Positions 19,566 to 28,586 of a stretch of DNA of 44,915 bases are shown here, piece by piece. Position numbers and translations under genes: made by a program. The stretch's first letter is position 1. Each line of letters opens with the position of its first letter. Below the pieces are notes generated by a model. The model did no database searches, was not told the origin of the DNA, and saw nothing but the letters and a program-made list of their open reading frames with translations. This DNA is from a bacterium (lineage in GTDB: Bacteria; Acidobacteriota; Blastocatellia; HR10): assembly GCA_041640655.1 (NCBI GenBank), contig JBEPZV010000019.1, positions 1 through 44,915 on the forward strand, written 5' to 3'.

Positions 19566-21428
19566 ATGGGCGCGCTCTTTTCAATTCTTCTCGCTCTGAG
19601 CCTCACGTGGGGAGAGCATCCACAGAGGCCGACGGAGCGCGAGAGCGATCGAGACCGAGCGATTGCCGAGCTCTTGGCTCTTGTTGAAACCGCACGCCGT
19701 TTTCCCTCGCCGGAGCTGAGGGCTCGCGTGTTCGCGAAGTTAGCCGATGCCCTCTGGGCAGTGGATGAATCCCTCGCCCGTCGGCTCTTCGAAGAAGCGC
19801 TTGCCTTGACGACGCGTCTTGAGGTCGCCCCCAACCCCACGACGCGCGAAAGACGATACCGGCTGCGGCAAGAACTCATTCGCCGGGTCGCCCGACATGA
19901 TCCCGAATTCGCCACCCGATTGCTCGCTCGACTCCAGGAAGAGCAAGACATCCTTGATCCTCTCCGCCCAGTCTCCGAACGAACGCGTCATCTCCTAACT
20001 GTGGCACGCGATATGCTCGGCGAACATCCGGAACGGGCGGCCCGCATGGTCAGCGAAAGTCTCAGCGAGGGGATCACCGATGACACGCTTTTCTTTCTGC
20101 ATGAGTTGAGGAGGAGGAACCCGCAGCAGGCGGATCGGTTGTTTGAACAGGCCTTGCAGCATGCCATCCGTCGCGTCCCACCGAATCTGAACGAGCTGTT
20201 GCTCCTCGGCTCATATCTCTTCACCGAGAGGATGCAGATCTCTTTCTCCCAAATCGCCGGACGTCCGGTGGTGAACGTCACCTCCGGTCTCTTCATTCAT
20301 GAAGTCGGATCTCGGACGCTCATCCGAAGGTACCTGGATGCTGCCTTCCACGCACTGACTCAACTGGTCTTCACTCCCGTTCAACGGCTCACTCCGTATG
20401 AAATTGGACTCGCTGCTGCTGCGATTCAGCAGCTGCTCCCGCTCTACGAACGGTATGTGCCCGAGCAGGTGCCTCTTCTCATCGGCTGGTGGCATCAGCT
20501 CATTCCGCACCTCCCAGAGCCTCTTCGTCCTCGTGGGGAAACCTCGCCCACGGAGTCCGAACATCTGACGGCCGCTGTGGAGCGCGCGCGAAAAGAGACG
20601 CACCCGGAGAAACGCGACGTGCTGTATCTTCGGATTGTCTATGCCCTTTACACCCAGGGCAACTATGAAGCGGCGCGAGAAGTCGCCAGAGAGCTAACGG
20701 ACCCGAAAGCGAAAGCGCAAGTGATGTCCCTATTAGAGACCGCGATCTGGAGGGGGCGAATCGCCCGAGGGATAGAGCCATCGGACGTGCGCTCCCGGAA
20801 GCTCGATCTCGTGCAAGAATCGCTGCTCATCGTCGAGTGGGCGAAAGCTCTCTTACAGGAGAGACGAGCGGATGAGGCCAAGCTCCTGCTAGAGGGACAC
20901 ATCGCGCGGGTGCTGGCCGATGACACTGAACACCCCCTCCGATGGGTGGCGCTCACGGGACTCCTCGACACTCTGAGGCGCATAGATGCCCAAGAAGCGC
21001 TCTCCCTTCTCGCCAATTTGGCCCGCGCCCTCGATCGCCCTTCACGATCGCTCGATCCCGCGGCTCCGCGCGTCGAGGATGCGCCGACGCACGTCCTCTA
21101 CCTCATTGGGATCGGGAAGCACCGCCTTCCCTTCCTCCTCGCTTTGGGCGAAGAGTTCGATTTGGAGAGAGTCATCAAGGAATTCGCGCGCCACGATTTC
21201 GAGGCGACGCTCGCATGGATACATCATCTTCGAACAGAAGACGTGCGGGCTTCCCTCCTCATCGCGGCGTGTCAGGCCGTTCTCCACAGAAGGTCAGCTG
21301 GCGAGGACAGCGAAGTGCCTCGCGAGAGGAAGCGTTCCGGCCATCTCACGACTGGCCCCGCAGCGGCGCGATGTGCAGAGGGGTATAGAGCGCTCCCTCC
21401 GGGCGGAGATCGCTTCGCATCAGGATGA
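19566..21428 (+). CDS. Uncharacterised exported alpha-helical repeat (TPR/HEAT-like) protein
   Basis: Start reassigned to ATG 19566 (MGALFSILLALSLTWG, signal-like). Leu/Ala/Arg/Glu-rich amphipathic helices throughout (LADALWAVDESLARRLFEEA, NPQQADRLFEQAL). 13 nt downstream of the previous gene. Confidence 0.75.
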   Translation: MGALFSILLALSLTWGEHPQRPTERESDRDRAIAELLALVETARRFPSPELRARVFAKLADALWAVDESLARRLFEEALALTTRLEVAPNPTTRERRYRLRQELIRRVARHDPEFATRLLARLQEEQDILDPLRPVSERTRHLLTVARDMLGEHPERAARMVSESLSEGITDDTLFFLHELRRRNPQQADRLFEQALQHAIRRVPPNLNELLLLGSYLFTERMQISFSQIAGRPVVNVTSGLFIHEVGSRTLIRRYLDAAFHALTQLVFTPVQRLTPYEIGLAAAAIQQLLPLYERYVPEQVPLLIGWWHQLIPHLPEPLRPRGETSPTESEHLTAAVERARKETHPEKRDVLYLRIVYALYTQGNYEAAREVARELTDPKAKAQVMSLLETAIWRGRIARGIEPSDVRSRKLDLVQESLLIVEWAKALLQERRADEAKLLLEGHIARVLADDTEHPLRWVALTGLLDTLRRIDAQEALSLLANLARALDRPSRSLDPAAPRVEDAPTHVLYLIGIGKHRLPFLLALGEEFDLERVIKEFARHDFEATLAWIHHLRTEDVRASLLIAACQAVLHRRSAGEDSEVPRERKRSGHLTTGPAAARCAEGYRALPPGGDRFASG

Positions 21429-21918
21429 GCTGCGTGACGCGGAACCGATAGCTCGGGAACTCCTCGGCGAGGAAGCGGCGCACCAGCTCTTGTGCCGATC
21501 GCTCCGAGCGCACGCGCCCGATGGTGAGATGCGCCGTGAAGGGGCGCGGCTCTCTGGCGAATCCGTGACGAGAGAGCACGTCCTCCACCTCGGTGACGAG
21601 CGCCTGGAGAGCGCCGCGTTCGTCTCGAATGCCGATCCACAAAACGCGCGGGCGATCCGCGCGCGGGAAGATCCCGCCACATCCCGTCACCAGCTCGAAT
21701 GGCGCACATCCGCGCGCGATCTCATCCAAAACGGTGCGGAGGACGGACACGCGCGCTTCCTCCACATCGCCGAGGAATTTCACCGTGAGATGCACATTCG
21801 CTGGCCGCGTCCAGCTCACATCGGCCGGGACGCGCTTGAGCTTCGCCTGCACGGCTTCGATCCGCGCCTTGACCTCCTCGGGGACATCAATGCAGATGAA
21901 GGAGCGAATCGCCGCCAT
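21346..21918 (-). CDS. thpR: RNA 2',3'-cyclic phosphodiesterase (2H phosphoesterase, LigT)
   Basis: RSFICI, NVHLTVKFLG and FTAHLTIGR (two HxT motifs), PRVLW, YTPL. Confidence 0.93.
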   Translation of the reverse strand: MAAIRSFICIDVPEEVKARIEAVQAKLKRVPADVSWTRPANVHLTVKFLGDVEEARVSVLRTVLDEIARGCAPFELVTGCGGIFPRADRPRVLWIGIRDERGALQALVTEVEDVLSRHGFAREPRPFTAHLTIGRVRSERSAQELVRRFLAEEFPSYRFRVTQLILMRSDLRPEGALYTPLHIAPLRGQS

Positions 21919-21921
21919 GCC

Positions 21922-23259
21922 TCATGCTCCGTGACTTCTGGGGGTCGTCGCCTCTCCTGCAGTGGGCGCGCTCACTTCCTCTTCGTAATACTTCCGCCCG
22001 CGAAGCGACTCCGGCAAGCACGGCATCTCCGTTCCCGGTGCGCCCGGCTCGTGATCGTGGATGTACACATACCCCCGGCCATAGCCCAGGTCGCGCATCA
22101 GGTCGGTGACCGGATTCCGGAGATGCAGCGGCACGGGTTCTCGCGGATGCTCGCGCACATCGCGCTCGGCCGCTTGATATGCGCGCAAGACAGCGTTCGA
22201 CTTCGGCGCGCGGGCCAGATAGAGCGCAGCTTGCGTGAGCGCCAATTTCGCCTCGGGGAGCCCGACGAAGTGAACCGCGTGCATGGCCGCCACCGCTTGG
22301 ACGAGCGCTTGTGGATCCGCGAGCCCAATGTCCTCGCTCGCGAGGATGACCAATCGCCGCGCGATGAAGAGCGGATCCTCACCCGCTTCGAGCATGCGCG
22401 CGAGCCAGTAGAGCGCCGCATCCGCATCCGAATGGCGCACCGATTTGATGAAAGCCGAGATCAGGTTGTAGTGCTCCTCGCCGCTCTTATCGTAAAAGAG
22501 CAGGGGACGCCGGATGATCTCGCGCACGATCTCCTCGCTCACTTGGAGCGTCCCATCGGCGCGCGGCTCGGCGCTGTGCACCGCCATCTCCAGGACGTTG
22601 AGCGCCACGCGCGCATCCCCGCACGCATACGTGGCGATCGCGCCCAGGAGTCGCTCCTGGATCTCTACGCGAAGGCGCCCCAGACCGCGCTCCTCATCCG
22701 CGAGGGCGCGTCGCAAGATGGTGAGCACTTCGGCTTCCGACAGCGGCTGCAAGACGAAGACCTGACATCGAGAGAGCAGTGGGGCGATCACCTGGAACGA
22801 GGGATTCTCCGTCGTCGCTCCGATGAAGACCACATCGCCTCGCTCGACGAACGGCAGGAAGGCGTCCTGCTGCGCGCGATTCAGATGATGGACCTCATCC
22901 ACGAAGAGGATCGTGCGCCGTCCCTGTGCGCGCCGCACCTTCTCGGCCATGAGCATCGCCTGGCGGATCTCCCGGATCGTGCCCAGGACGGCGGAGAAGC
23001 GCACAACGTGCGCCTTCGTGTGATGGGCGATCACGCGCGCGAGCGTCGTCTTGCCGCTTCCTGGCGGCCCCCACAGGATCATCGAGACGAGCCGATCGCG
23101 CTCGATCAGGCGCCGCAGAGGCTTGCCCGGACCGATCAGGTCCGCTTGCCCGACGATCTCCTCCAGGGTTCGGGGACGCATGCGGTCCGCCAATGGCGCG
23201 GCTTCCGATGCCGCCCCTTCATCCCCCGAGAGGGGGAATAGCGCGCGCTCCTCATCCAT
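21922..23259 (-). CDS. rarA: Replication-associated recombination protein A (RarA/MgsA AAA+ ATPase)
   Basis: [63 protein letters not shown]. Confidence 0.95.
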   Translation of the reverse strand: MDEERALFPLSGDEGAASEAAPLADRMRPRTLEEIVGQADLIGPGKPLRRLIERDRLVSMILWGPPGSGKTTLARVIAHHTKAHVVRFSAVLGTIREIRQAMLMAEKVRRAQGRRTILFVDEVHHLNRAQQDAFLPFVERGDVVFIGATTENPSFQVIAPLLSRCQVFVLQPLSEAEVLTILRRALADEERGLGRLRVEIQERLLGAIATYACGDARVALNVLEMAVHSAEPRADGTLQVSEEIVREIIRRPLLFYDKSGEEHYNLISAFIKSVRHSDADAALYWLARMLEAGEDPLFIARRLVILASEDIGLADPQALVQAVAAMHAVHFVGLPEAKLALTQAALYLARAPKSNAVLRAYQAAERDVREHPREPVPLHLRNPVTDLMRDLGYGRGYVYIHDHEPGAPGTEMPCLPESLRGRKYYEEEVSAPTAGEATTPRSHGA

Positions 23260-23314
23260 GAGGCCCCTCCCAGTGGCGCTTGATTCCCCACGCCGTCTCG
23301 CCCCGAACGGGCGC

Positions 23315-23728
23315 TCACGCCTCCTCGGATCTCGATGCGGAAGCCTCCGAGACGACTTCCTCCCCCTTCGCTTTCTCGCCGATGAACTCCCGCTCGCGCA
23401 CGCGCGCCGCCTTCCCCTTCAGCTGGCGAAGATAATAGAGCTTGGCCCGACGCACATCCCCCCGGCGGACGACCTCGATCCGCTCGATCACCGGCGAATG
23501 CAGGGGGAAGATGCGCTCGACTCCGATGCCGAAGCTGATCTTCCGCACAGTGAAGGTCTCGCGCAGTCCGCCATGCTTGCGCGCGATCACCACGCCCTCG
23601 AAGACCTGAATGCGCTCCTTATCCCCCTCCTTGATGCGCACGTGGACGCGCACTGTATCCCCCGGGGCGAAATCCGGGATGTCGGTTCGCATCTGCGCCT
23701 TCTCGAATTCCGCGAGGATCGGATTCAT
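23315..23728 (-). CDS. rplS: 50S ribosomal protein L19
   Basis: [43 protein letters not shown]. Confidence 0.98.
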   Translation of the reverse strand: MNPILAEFEKAQMRTDIPDFAPGDTVRVHVRIKEGDKERIQVFEGVVIARKHGGLRETFTVRKISFGIGVERIFPLHSPVIERIEVVRRGDVRRAKLYYLRQLKGKAARVREREFIGEKAKGEEVVSEASASRSEEA

Positions 23729-23772
23729 ATGCTCCTCTCCCTCGATGCTACCCTTGTGCCCAAAAGGAGAAA

Positions 23773-23801
23773 ATTTTATCGGCTCTCGTCCGTTTTGGGA
23801 A
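23773..23801 (-). promoter_or_regulatory. Possible internal promoter for rplS overlapping the trmD stop
   Basis: TTCCCA (23801-23796), 17 bp, TAAAAT (23778-23773). Confidence 0.35.
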
Positions 23802-24540
23802 GCGCGCGTCTCAGTTCCTCCAGCAGGCGACGATCGTCATCACTCAGCGCGGCCTTTTCGAGGAGATCGGGACGATTTCGAAGCGTCTTCGCCAGGGCCA
23901 TGCGTCGCCGCCAGCGCGCGATCTCCGCGTGATGTCCGGAGAGCAGGACTTCGGGGACGCGAAGGCCGCGAAAATCCGCCGGGCGCGTATACTGCGGGTA
24001 GTCGAGGATCCCCCCTTCGGCGAACGACTCCCGCCGCGCGGACTCCGCGCAGCCCAGGGCTCCGGGCAAAAGGCGAACGACGGCCTCGACGATCACCATC
24101 GCCGGGATCTCCCCCCCAGCCAGGACGTAATCGCCGATGGAGATCTCGTGCGTTGCCAGGTGCTCGGCCACGCGTTCGTCCACGCCCTCATACCGACCGC
24201 AGATGAGGACGATGTGCGCGCGCTGAGCCAACTGCCGAGCCATCGCTTGCGTGAAGACCCGACCCTGAGGGGTGAGCAGGATGACCGCCACGCGCTCCCG
24301 ATCGAACCGTTCGCCGAGCACGCTCTCGACCGCGCGAAAGATGGGCTCCGGCTTGAAGACCATCCCCTCTCCTCCGCCGAACGGGCGATCGTCCACCGTC
24401 CGATGTTTGTCCGTGGTGAAATCCCGCAGATCGTGCACGACGATCTCGACCAATCCCCGCTCCCGAGCCCGTCGTACGATCCCGTAATCGAAGGGCCCAC
24501 GAAACATCTCCGGGAAGATCGTCAGGATGTCGAATCGCAT
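23776..24540 (-). CDS. trmD: tRNA (guanine37-N1)-methyltransferase
   Basis: [56 protein letters not shown]. Confidence 0.97.
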   Translation of the reverse strand: MRFDILTIFPEMFRGPFDYGIVRRARERGLVEIVVHDLRDFTTDKHRTVDDRPFGGGEGMVFKPEPIFRAVESVLGERFDRERVAVILLTPQGRVFTQAMARQLAQRAHIVLICGRYEGVDERVAEHLATHEISIGDYVLAGGEIPAMVIVEAVVRLLPGALGCAESARRESFAEGGILDYPQYTRPADFRGLRVPEVLLSGHHAEIARWRRRMALAKTLRNRPDLLEKAALSDDDRRLLEELRRALPKTDESR

Positions 24541-24582
24541 GCCGATCGGCGAACGCGAGAGCGCCAGGTTCACGCCGACGGC

Positions 24583-25167
24583 TCACGACCGGGGCGTTTC
24601 GCCACTGCGCTCCATCGTCCGCTCTCGCAATGAACGCTCCCGATTCAGGTCAAGCAATCCATCCGGAGGGGTGATGAGAATGCGCCGGGCAGAGATGTCC
24701 ACCACCGGGCAGATGGCCCGAGCAAAAGGGATCAACACCTCCTCCGCCCCCTCCCCCTCGACCACAAGCAGCGGGACTTCGGCCGTCTCCATCACCTCTC
24801 GAACTCGGCCCACATGTTGGCCGGATTCCGTCCACACCTCACACCCGATCAATTCGAAGAGGAAGTATTCGTCTTCCTCAAGGGGGATGGCCTCCTGACG
24901 CGCGATCTTCACCCACCATCCCCTGAGCCGGCTCGCGGCTTCGATCGTCTCGCACCCCTCGAGTTTCAAGATGACCTGACCGCGGTGGAACCAATAACGT
25001 TCCACGCGCGACTCCACCACTTGTCCGTCTGACGCCTCCAGCCGCACGCGCGTGACGGCTGCGAATCGCTCCGGACGATCCGTCACGATCTCGGCCACAA
25101 CTTCACCCTTCACCCCTCGTGGCCGCACAATGCGCGCGATGGTGAGGAATTCGGGCTCTGGTCCCAT
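24583..25167 (-). CDS. rimM: 16S rRNA processing protein RimM
   Basis: IARIVRPRGVKGEV, L.EDEYF..ELIGC.V, EVLIPF; conserved position in the operon. Confidence 0.93.
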   Translation of the reverse strand: MGPEPEFLTIARIVRPRGVKGEVVAEIVTDRPERFAAVTRVRLEASDGQVVESRVERYWFHRGQVILKLEGCETIEAASRLRGWWVKIARQEAIPLEEDEYFLFELIGCEVWTESGQHVGRVREVMETAEVPLLVVEGEGAEEVLIPFARAICPVVDISARRILITPPDGLLDLNRERSLRERTMERSGETPRS

Positions 25168-25168
25168 C

Positions 25169-25405
25169 TCATTCGAGGATCTCCAGGACGAAGCGCTTCT
25201 TCAGCTTCATCCCCGCCGCCCCCAAGATGGTGCGAATGGCGCGAGCCGTACGACCCTCTCGTCCGATGACCTTTCCGAGATCGGAAGGGGCAACCCGCAG
25301 CTCCAGGACGGTGGTCGCCTCGCCCTCGACCTCTCGGACTTCCACCTGATCCGGATAATCCACCAGCGCCTTCGCGATCATCTCGACGAGATCCCTGATC
25401 TTCAT
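25169..25405 (-). CDS. khpA: KH-domain RNA-binding protein KhpA (YlqC)
   Basis: [33 protein letters not shown]. Confidence 0.95.
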   Translation of the reverse strand: MKIRDLVEMIAKALVDYPDQVEVREVEGEATTVLELRVAPSDLGKVIGREGRTARAIRTILGAAGMKLKKRFVLEILE

Positions 25406-25506
25406 ACCCCACCTCCCCTCTGTGGCGTTGCCCGGAGCTGATCCACAGGCTGGCTGAACTCAGGCGCCCTCCGCTCCAGAACGCGCGCGCCTCCGCCCGT
25501 GGCCTC

Positions 25507-25764
25507 TCAGGATTCGCGCTCCGAAGCCCGCGGCGCAGCCTTTCGGATCAACCGTCGGACGACCTCCGTCGGTTGCGCGCCACATCGAACCCAATACTGG
25601 AAGCGCTCCCAATCTACGCGAATCTCCGCCGGTTGCGTCAAGGGATTATAGTAGCCGATGGCCTCGACGAAGGCCCCATCGCGCTTGGAGCGCTTCTCCG
25701 CCACGACGATGCGATAGAACGGTCGCTTCTTCGACCCCATGCGCGTCAAGCGTATGGCTAACAA
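25507..25764 (-). CDS. rpsP: 30S ribosomal protein S16
   Basis: [35 protein letters not shown] start with SD GAGGAGGT. Confidence 0.97.
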   Translation of the reverse strand: MLAIRLTRMGSKKRPFYRIVVAEKRSKRDGAFVEAIGYYNPLTQPAEIRVDWERFQYWVRCGAQPTEVVRRLIRKAAPRASERES

Positions 25765-25790
25765 GGCCCCACCTCCTCACAAAGACGTAA

Positions 25791-25818
25791 ATTATACCCA
25801 GCCCGCGCGAAAAGTCCA
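25791..25818 (-). promoter_or_regulatory. sigma70 promoter for rpsP-khpA-rimM-trmD
   Basis: TGGACT (25818-25813), 16 bp, TATAAT (25796-25791). Confidence 0.6.
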
Positions 25819-25858
25819 TCCCCCCACCGGGGATCGGCTCACCATGGGCAAGGCGCTG

Positions 25859-27229
25859 TCAATGCCTCTTTTTCCCCCGACGCGCCCCGCCCCCCCAGAA
25901 CTTCCCGAACGGGAGCTTCCCCTCCCGCAGACGTTTCATCATCTGCCGCATCTCCACATACTGTTTCAGAAGAGCGTTCACCTCCTCGACGGTCGTCCCG
26001 CTCCCCCGCGCGATGCGTCGGCGGCGGCTCCCGTCAATGAGACGATAGTTCCGCCGCTCCTCGGGGGTCATCGAGTTGATGATCGCCTCGGCGCGCTTCA
26101 ACTGCCGCTCGAACTGCGCCATCTGCTCCGGCGTGAGGCGACCCACTCCAACGATCTTCAACATCTCGGCCGGAAGTAATTCGAAGAGCTTCCCCACCGA
26201 GCCGAAGCGTTTGGCCAACCGCAGTTGCTCCAGAAAATCCTCCAGCGTGAACTCCTCTCGCCGAAGCCTCTCCTGCCATCGCGCGGCCTCGCGCTCATCC
26301 ACTTCTGCCTGGACGCGCTCGATCAGGCTGAGGACATCCCCCATGCCGAGGATGCGCGAGGCCATGCGATCGGGATAGAACGGTTCTAGGGCATCAGACT
26401 TCTCCCCCACCCCGATGAACTTGATCGGCTGGCCGGTCACCGCTTTGATGGACAGCGCCGCTCCCCCGCGGGTGTCTCCATCCATCTTGGTCAGGATCAC
26501 GCCGGAGATGCCAATGCGCCGATGGAATTCCTCCGCGCTCCGTACGGCATCCTGTCCGGTCATTGCGTCGGCGACAAAAAGGACCTCCACCGGTTTCATC
26601 TCCCGCTTGATCGCGTCCAGCTCCGCCATCAACTCCTCGTCCACATGCAATCGCCCCGCCGTATCTACGAGCACGGGATCGAATCCGGTCACCTCTGCAT
26701 GACGGCGCGCGCGACGACACAGCTCGACGGGATCATTCACTGAGGGATCCTCGAACACGGGGCGGCGAATCTCTCGCGCGATCACAGCCAACTGCTCGCG
26801 CGCCGCGGGCCGATAGACATCCGCCGAGACGAGCAGTGGATTCCGTCCCTGGTGCGCCAGGTATCGCGCCAATTTCCCTGCCGTCGTCGTCTTCCCCGAT
26901 CCCTGCAAGCCAACGAGCAGGATCACGTTCGGGATGCGCGAGGTCAGCAGCAACCGCGTGGATGTCCCCCCCAGCATCTCCGTCAGCTCTTCGTAGACGA
27001 TCTTGATGACCTGCTGCGCTGGGGAGAGCGAGGCCCACACCTCTTGCCCGAGCGCCTTCTCCCGAACCCGCTCGATGAACTGCTTGACGACGCGGAAATG
27101 GACATCGGCTTCCAGCAGCGCCAGCCGAATCTCTCGGAGCGCCGCCTCCACATCGGCTTCGGTCAGTTTCCCATGACCGCGCAGATCGCGGATGACCCGT
27201 CGCAGCTTCTCCGAAAGCGCGTCGAACAT
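25859..27229 (-). CDS. ffh: Signal recognition particle protein Ffh
   Basis: ALLEADV, GLQGSGKTT, DVYRPAA, DTAGR, DAMTGQ, TKMDGD.RGGAALS, SRILGMGD, INSMT..ER, RIARGSG. Confidence 0.98.
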   Translation of the reverse strand: MFDALSEKLRRVIRDLRGHGKLTEADVEAALREIRLALLEADVHFRVVKQFIERVREKALGQEVWASLSPAQQVIKIVYEELTEMLGGTSTRLLLTSRIPNVILLVGLQGSGKTTTAGKLARYLAHQGRNPLLVSADVYRPAAREQLAVIAREIRRPVFEDPSVNDPVELCRRARRHAEVTGFDPVLVDTAGRLHVDEELMAELDAIKREMKPVEVLFVADAMTGQDAVRSAEEFHRRIGISGVILTKMDGDTRGGAALSIKAVTGQPIKFIGVGEKSDALEPFYPDRMASRILGMGDVLSLIERVQAEVDEREAARWQERLRREEFTLEDFLEQLRLAKRFGSVGKLFELLPAEMLKIVGVGRLTPEQMAQFERQLKRAEAIINSMTPEERRNYRLIDGSRRRRIARGSGTTVEEVNALLKQYVEMRQMMKRLREGKLPFGKFWGGGARRGKKRH

Positions 27230-27266
27230 GCCTTCTCCCGATCTTCCACCTCAGGCAAAGGGAATT

Positions 27267-27295
27267 AGGCTATAGAAGTCCCTCCCCCCTGTCAA
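27267..27295 (-). promoter_or_regulatory. sigma70 promoter for ffh
   Basis: TTGACA (27295-27290), 17 bp, TAGCCT (27272-27267). Confidence 0.65.
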
Positions 27296-27363
27296 GGGAC
27301 AGAGAATACCCCCTTGCGCCAGAGAAGCCGCGCTTTGAGAGCCCTCGCACTCCCGCTGAAGGG

Positions 27364-27744
27364 CTACTTGGCCTTCTCAACGGAGAGGATGGTGAGGACC
27401 TTCTCGCCCTCCTTCTCCGCGACCGTCCCTTTGATCACCACCCGTTCGGCGACGAAGGGGATCAGCTTCTCGTTCTTGTTGGCCGTCCAGGACTCCCCGG
27501 CCAGTCTATACAAAGCCCCCGTCTTCTCATCCACGATCCCAAGCGGAGCTCCGGTCTTCGCGCAATTGATGGCGCACGTCCGATGGGCCGCCCCCTTATT
27601 CTTGGCATCCTTCTTGTAGCAGTTCCAATCCACGATCTCGCCCACGACGGTGACCTCTTGAGCGAGCCCCAAAGCTGCCCGCTCCATCCCCATGAGGCCC
27701 AGAGCGAGGCCCAACACGATCGCTATCCAGATATGTCGTTTCAT
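27364..27744 (-). CDS. Exported small beta-rich protein with Cys/His motif, function unknown
   Basis: Signal peptide MKRHIWIAIVLGLALG...LGLA-QE; GEIVDWNCY...HRTCAINC..TG.PLG; V.IKGTV; SD AAGGAGG. Confidence 0.8.
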   Translation of the reverse strand: MKRHIWIAIVLGLALGLMGMERAALGLAQEVTVVGEIVDWNCYKKDAKNKGAAHRTCAINCAKTGAPLGIVDEKTGALYRLAGESWTANKNEKLIPFVAERVVIKGTVAEKEGEKVLTILSVEKAK

Positions 27745-27819
27745 CGCATTCCTCCTTCGTCAAAATTGAGATGAAGCCCTCGCGGGACATCCACCCCCTC
27801 ACCTTGCTCACGCTTCAGG

Positions 27820-27848
27820 AGCATAGCAAGGGGCGAATATGGGATCAA
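27820..27848 (-). promoter_or_regulatory. sigma70 promoter for the exported protein gene
   Basis: TTGATC (27848-27843), 17 bp, TG-c-TATGCT (27825-27820). Confidence 0.55.
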
Positions 27849-27873
27849 GGCGCTCTCGCCCTTCCCGCCAGCA

Positions 27874-27882
27874 TGATAGAAT
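27874..27882 (+). promoter_or_regulatory. Extended -10 promoter for the PRTase gene
   Basis: TG-a-TAGAAT; argues for the start at 27903 rather than upstream ATGs. Confidence 0.45.
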
Positions 27883-27902
27883 TCCCCACGGCGGAGCGGA
27901 CG

Positions 27903-28586
27903 ATGCGGTCTTGGTCATTCGGGATTCGCTTCCGAGATCGTGCGGAAGCCGGGCATCGGCTCGCCGCGCGATTGCGCGCTTATCAAGGGCTCGATGCCCT
28001 CGTCTTGGGGATCGCTCGGGGCGGGGTCGTCGTGGGTGCGCCCATCGCCGAGGCGCTCGAGGCCGAGCTGGAGGTCATCGCCCCGCGCAAACTCCCCATC
28101 CCCTTCAACCCGGAGGCGGGTTTCGGAGCGATCGCCGAGGATGGAACGATCTATCTCAATGCGGCTCTCGTCCGCGCCCTCGGACTGAGGGAGGAAGAGA
28201 TTCGGCAGGTCGCCGCCGAAGTGCTCGCGGAAGTGCGCCGCCGGATCGAGCGATACCGAGGTGACCGCCCACCGCCAGTGGTGAACGACCGCACGGTGAT
28301 CCTCGTGGATGACGGCCTGGCTACGGGGTACACCATGCTGGCTGCGATTCAGAGCGTGAAGAAAGGCGCGCCGGCGCGACTGGTCGTCGCCGTTCCCGTC
28401 AGCCCCGCCTCCACGCTTCGGCGGATCGAACCGCACGTAGATGAGCTGCACTGCCTCGTCGCGCCAGAGACCGACGTCTTCGCCGTCGCCGATTTCTACG
28501 AAGACTTTCGCGATGTCCGAGACGAGGACGTGACCGCGCTGCTGGAGCGCGTGCGTCGAAAGCGTCAGGAGAGGAGTGAGTCGTAA
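27903..28586 (+). CDS. Phosphoribosyltransferase family protein
   Basis: FRDRAEAG..LA, VLGIARGGV, RKLP.P.NPE..FGAI, VILVDDGLATG (PRPP loop), VAVPV, AV..FYEDF. Confidence 0.9.
   Translation: MRSWSFGIRFRDRAEAGHRLAARLRAYQGLDALVLGIARGGVVVGAPIAEALEAELEVIAPRKLPIPFNPEAGFGAIAEDGTIYLNAALVRALGLREEEIRQVAAEVLAEVRRRIERYRGDRPPPVVNDRTVILVDDGLATGYTMLAAIQSVKKGAPARLVVAVPVSPASTLRRIEPHVDELHCLVAPETDVFAVADFYEDFRDVRDEDVTALLERVRRKRQERSES

Noticed and set aside
18545..21380. Similar C-termini of Ald (YTPLEDIA) and ThpR (YTPLHIA) on either side of the island, as possible attachment repeats
   Set aside because: The nucleotide match is short and imperfect and each motif fits its own protein family; most likely coincidence
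20986..23241. 751-aa plus-strand ORF
   Set aside because: Antisense to the clearly real thpR and rarA; composition is typical of a shadow frame
23315..27229. ffh-rpsP-khpA-rimM-trmD-rplS cluster, including a 6-bp stem in the rpsP-khpA gap
   Set aside because: Well-known conserved gene order; the stem is too short to support a regulatory RNA call
27230..27363. Possible SRP RNA (ffs) next to ffh
   Set aside because: The gap is explained by the ffh promoter and a short hairpin; I could not find the SRP domain IV GGAA-loop helix
28565..28586. 22-bp convergent overlap of PRTase and GT4, and abutting stops at 8846/8847
   Set aside because: Short tail-to-tail overlaps are ordinary in compact genomes
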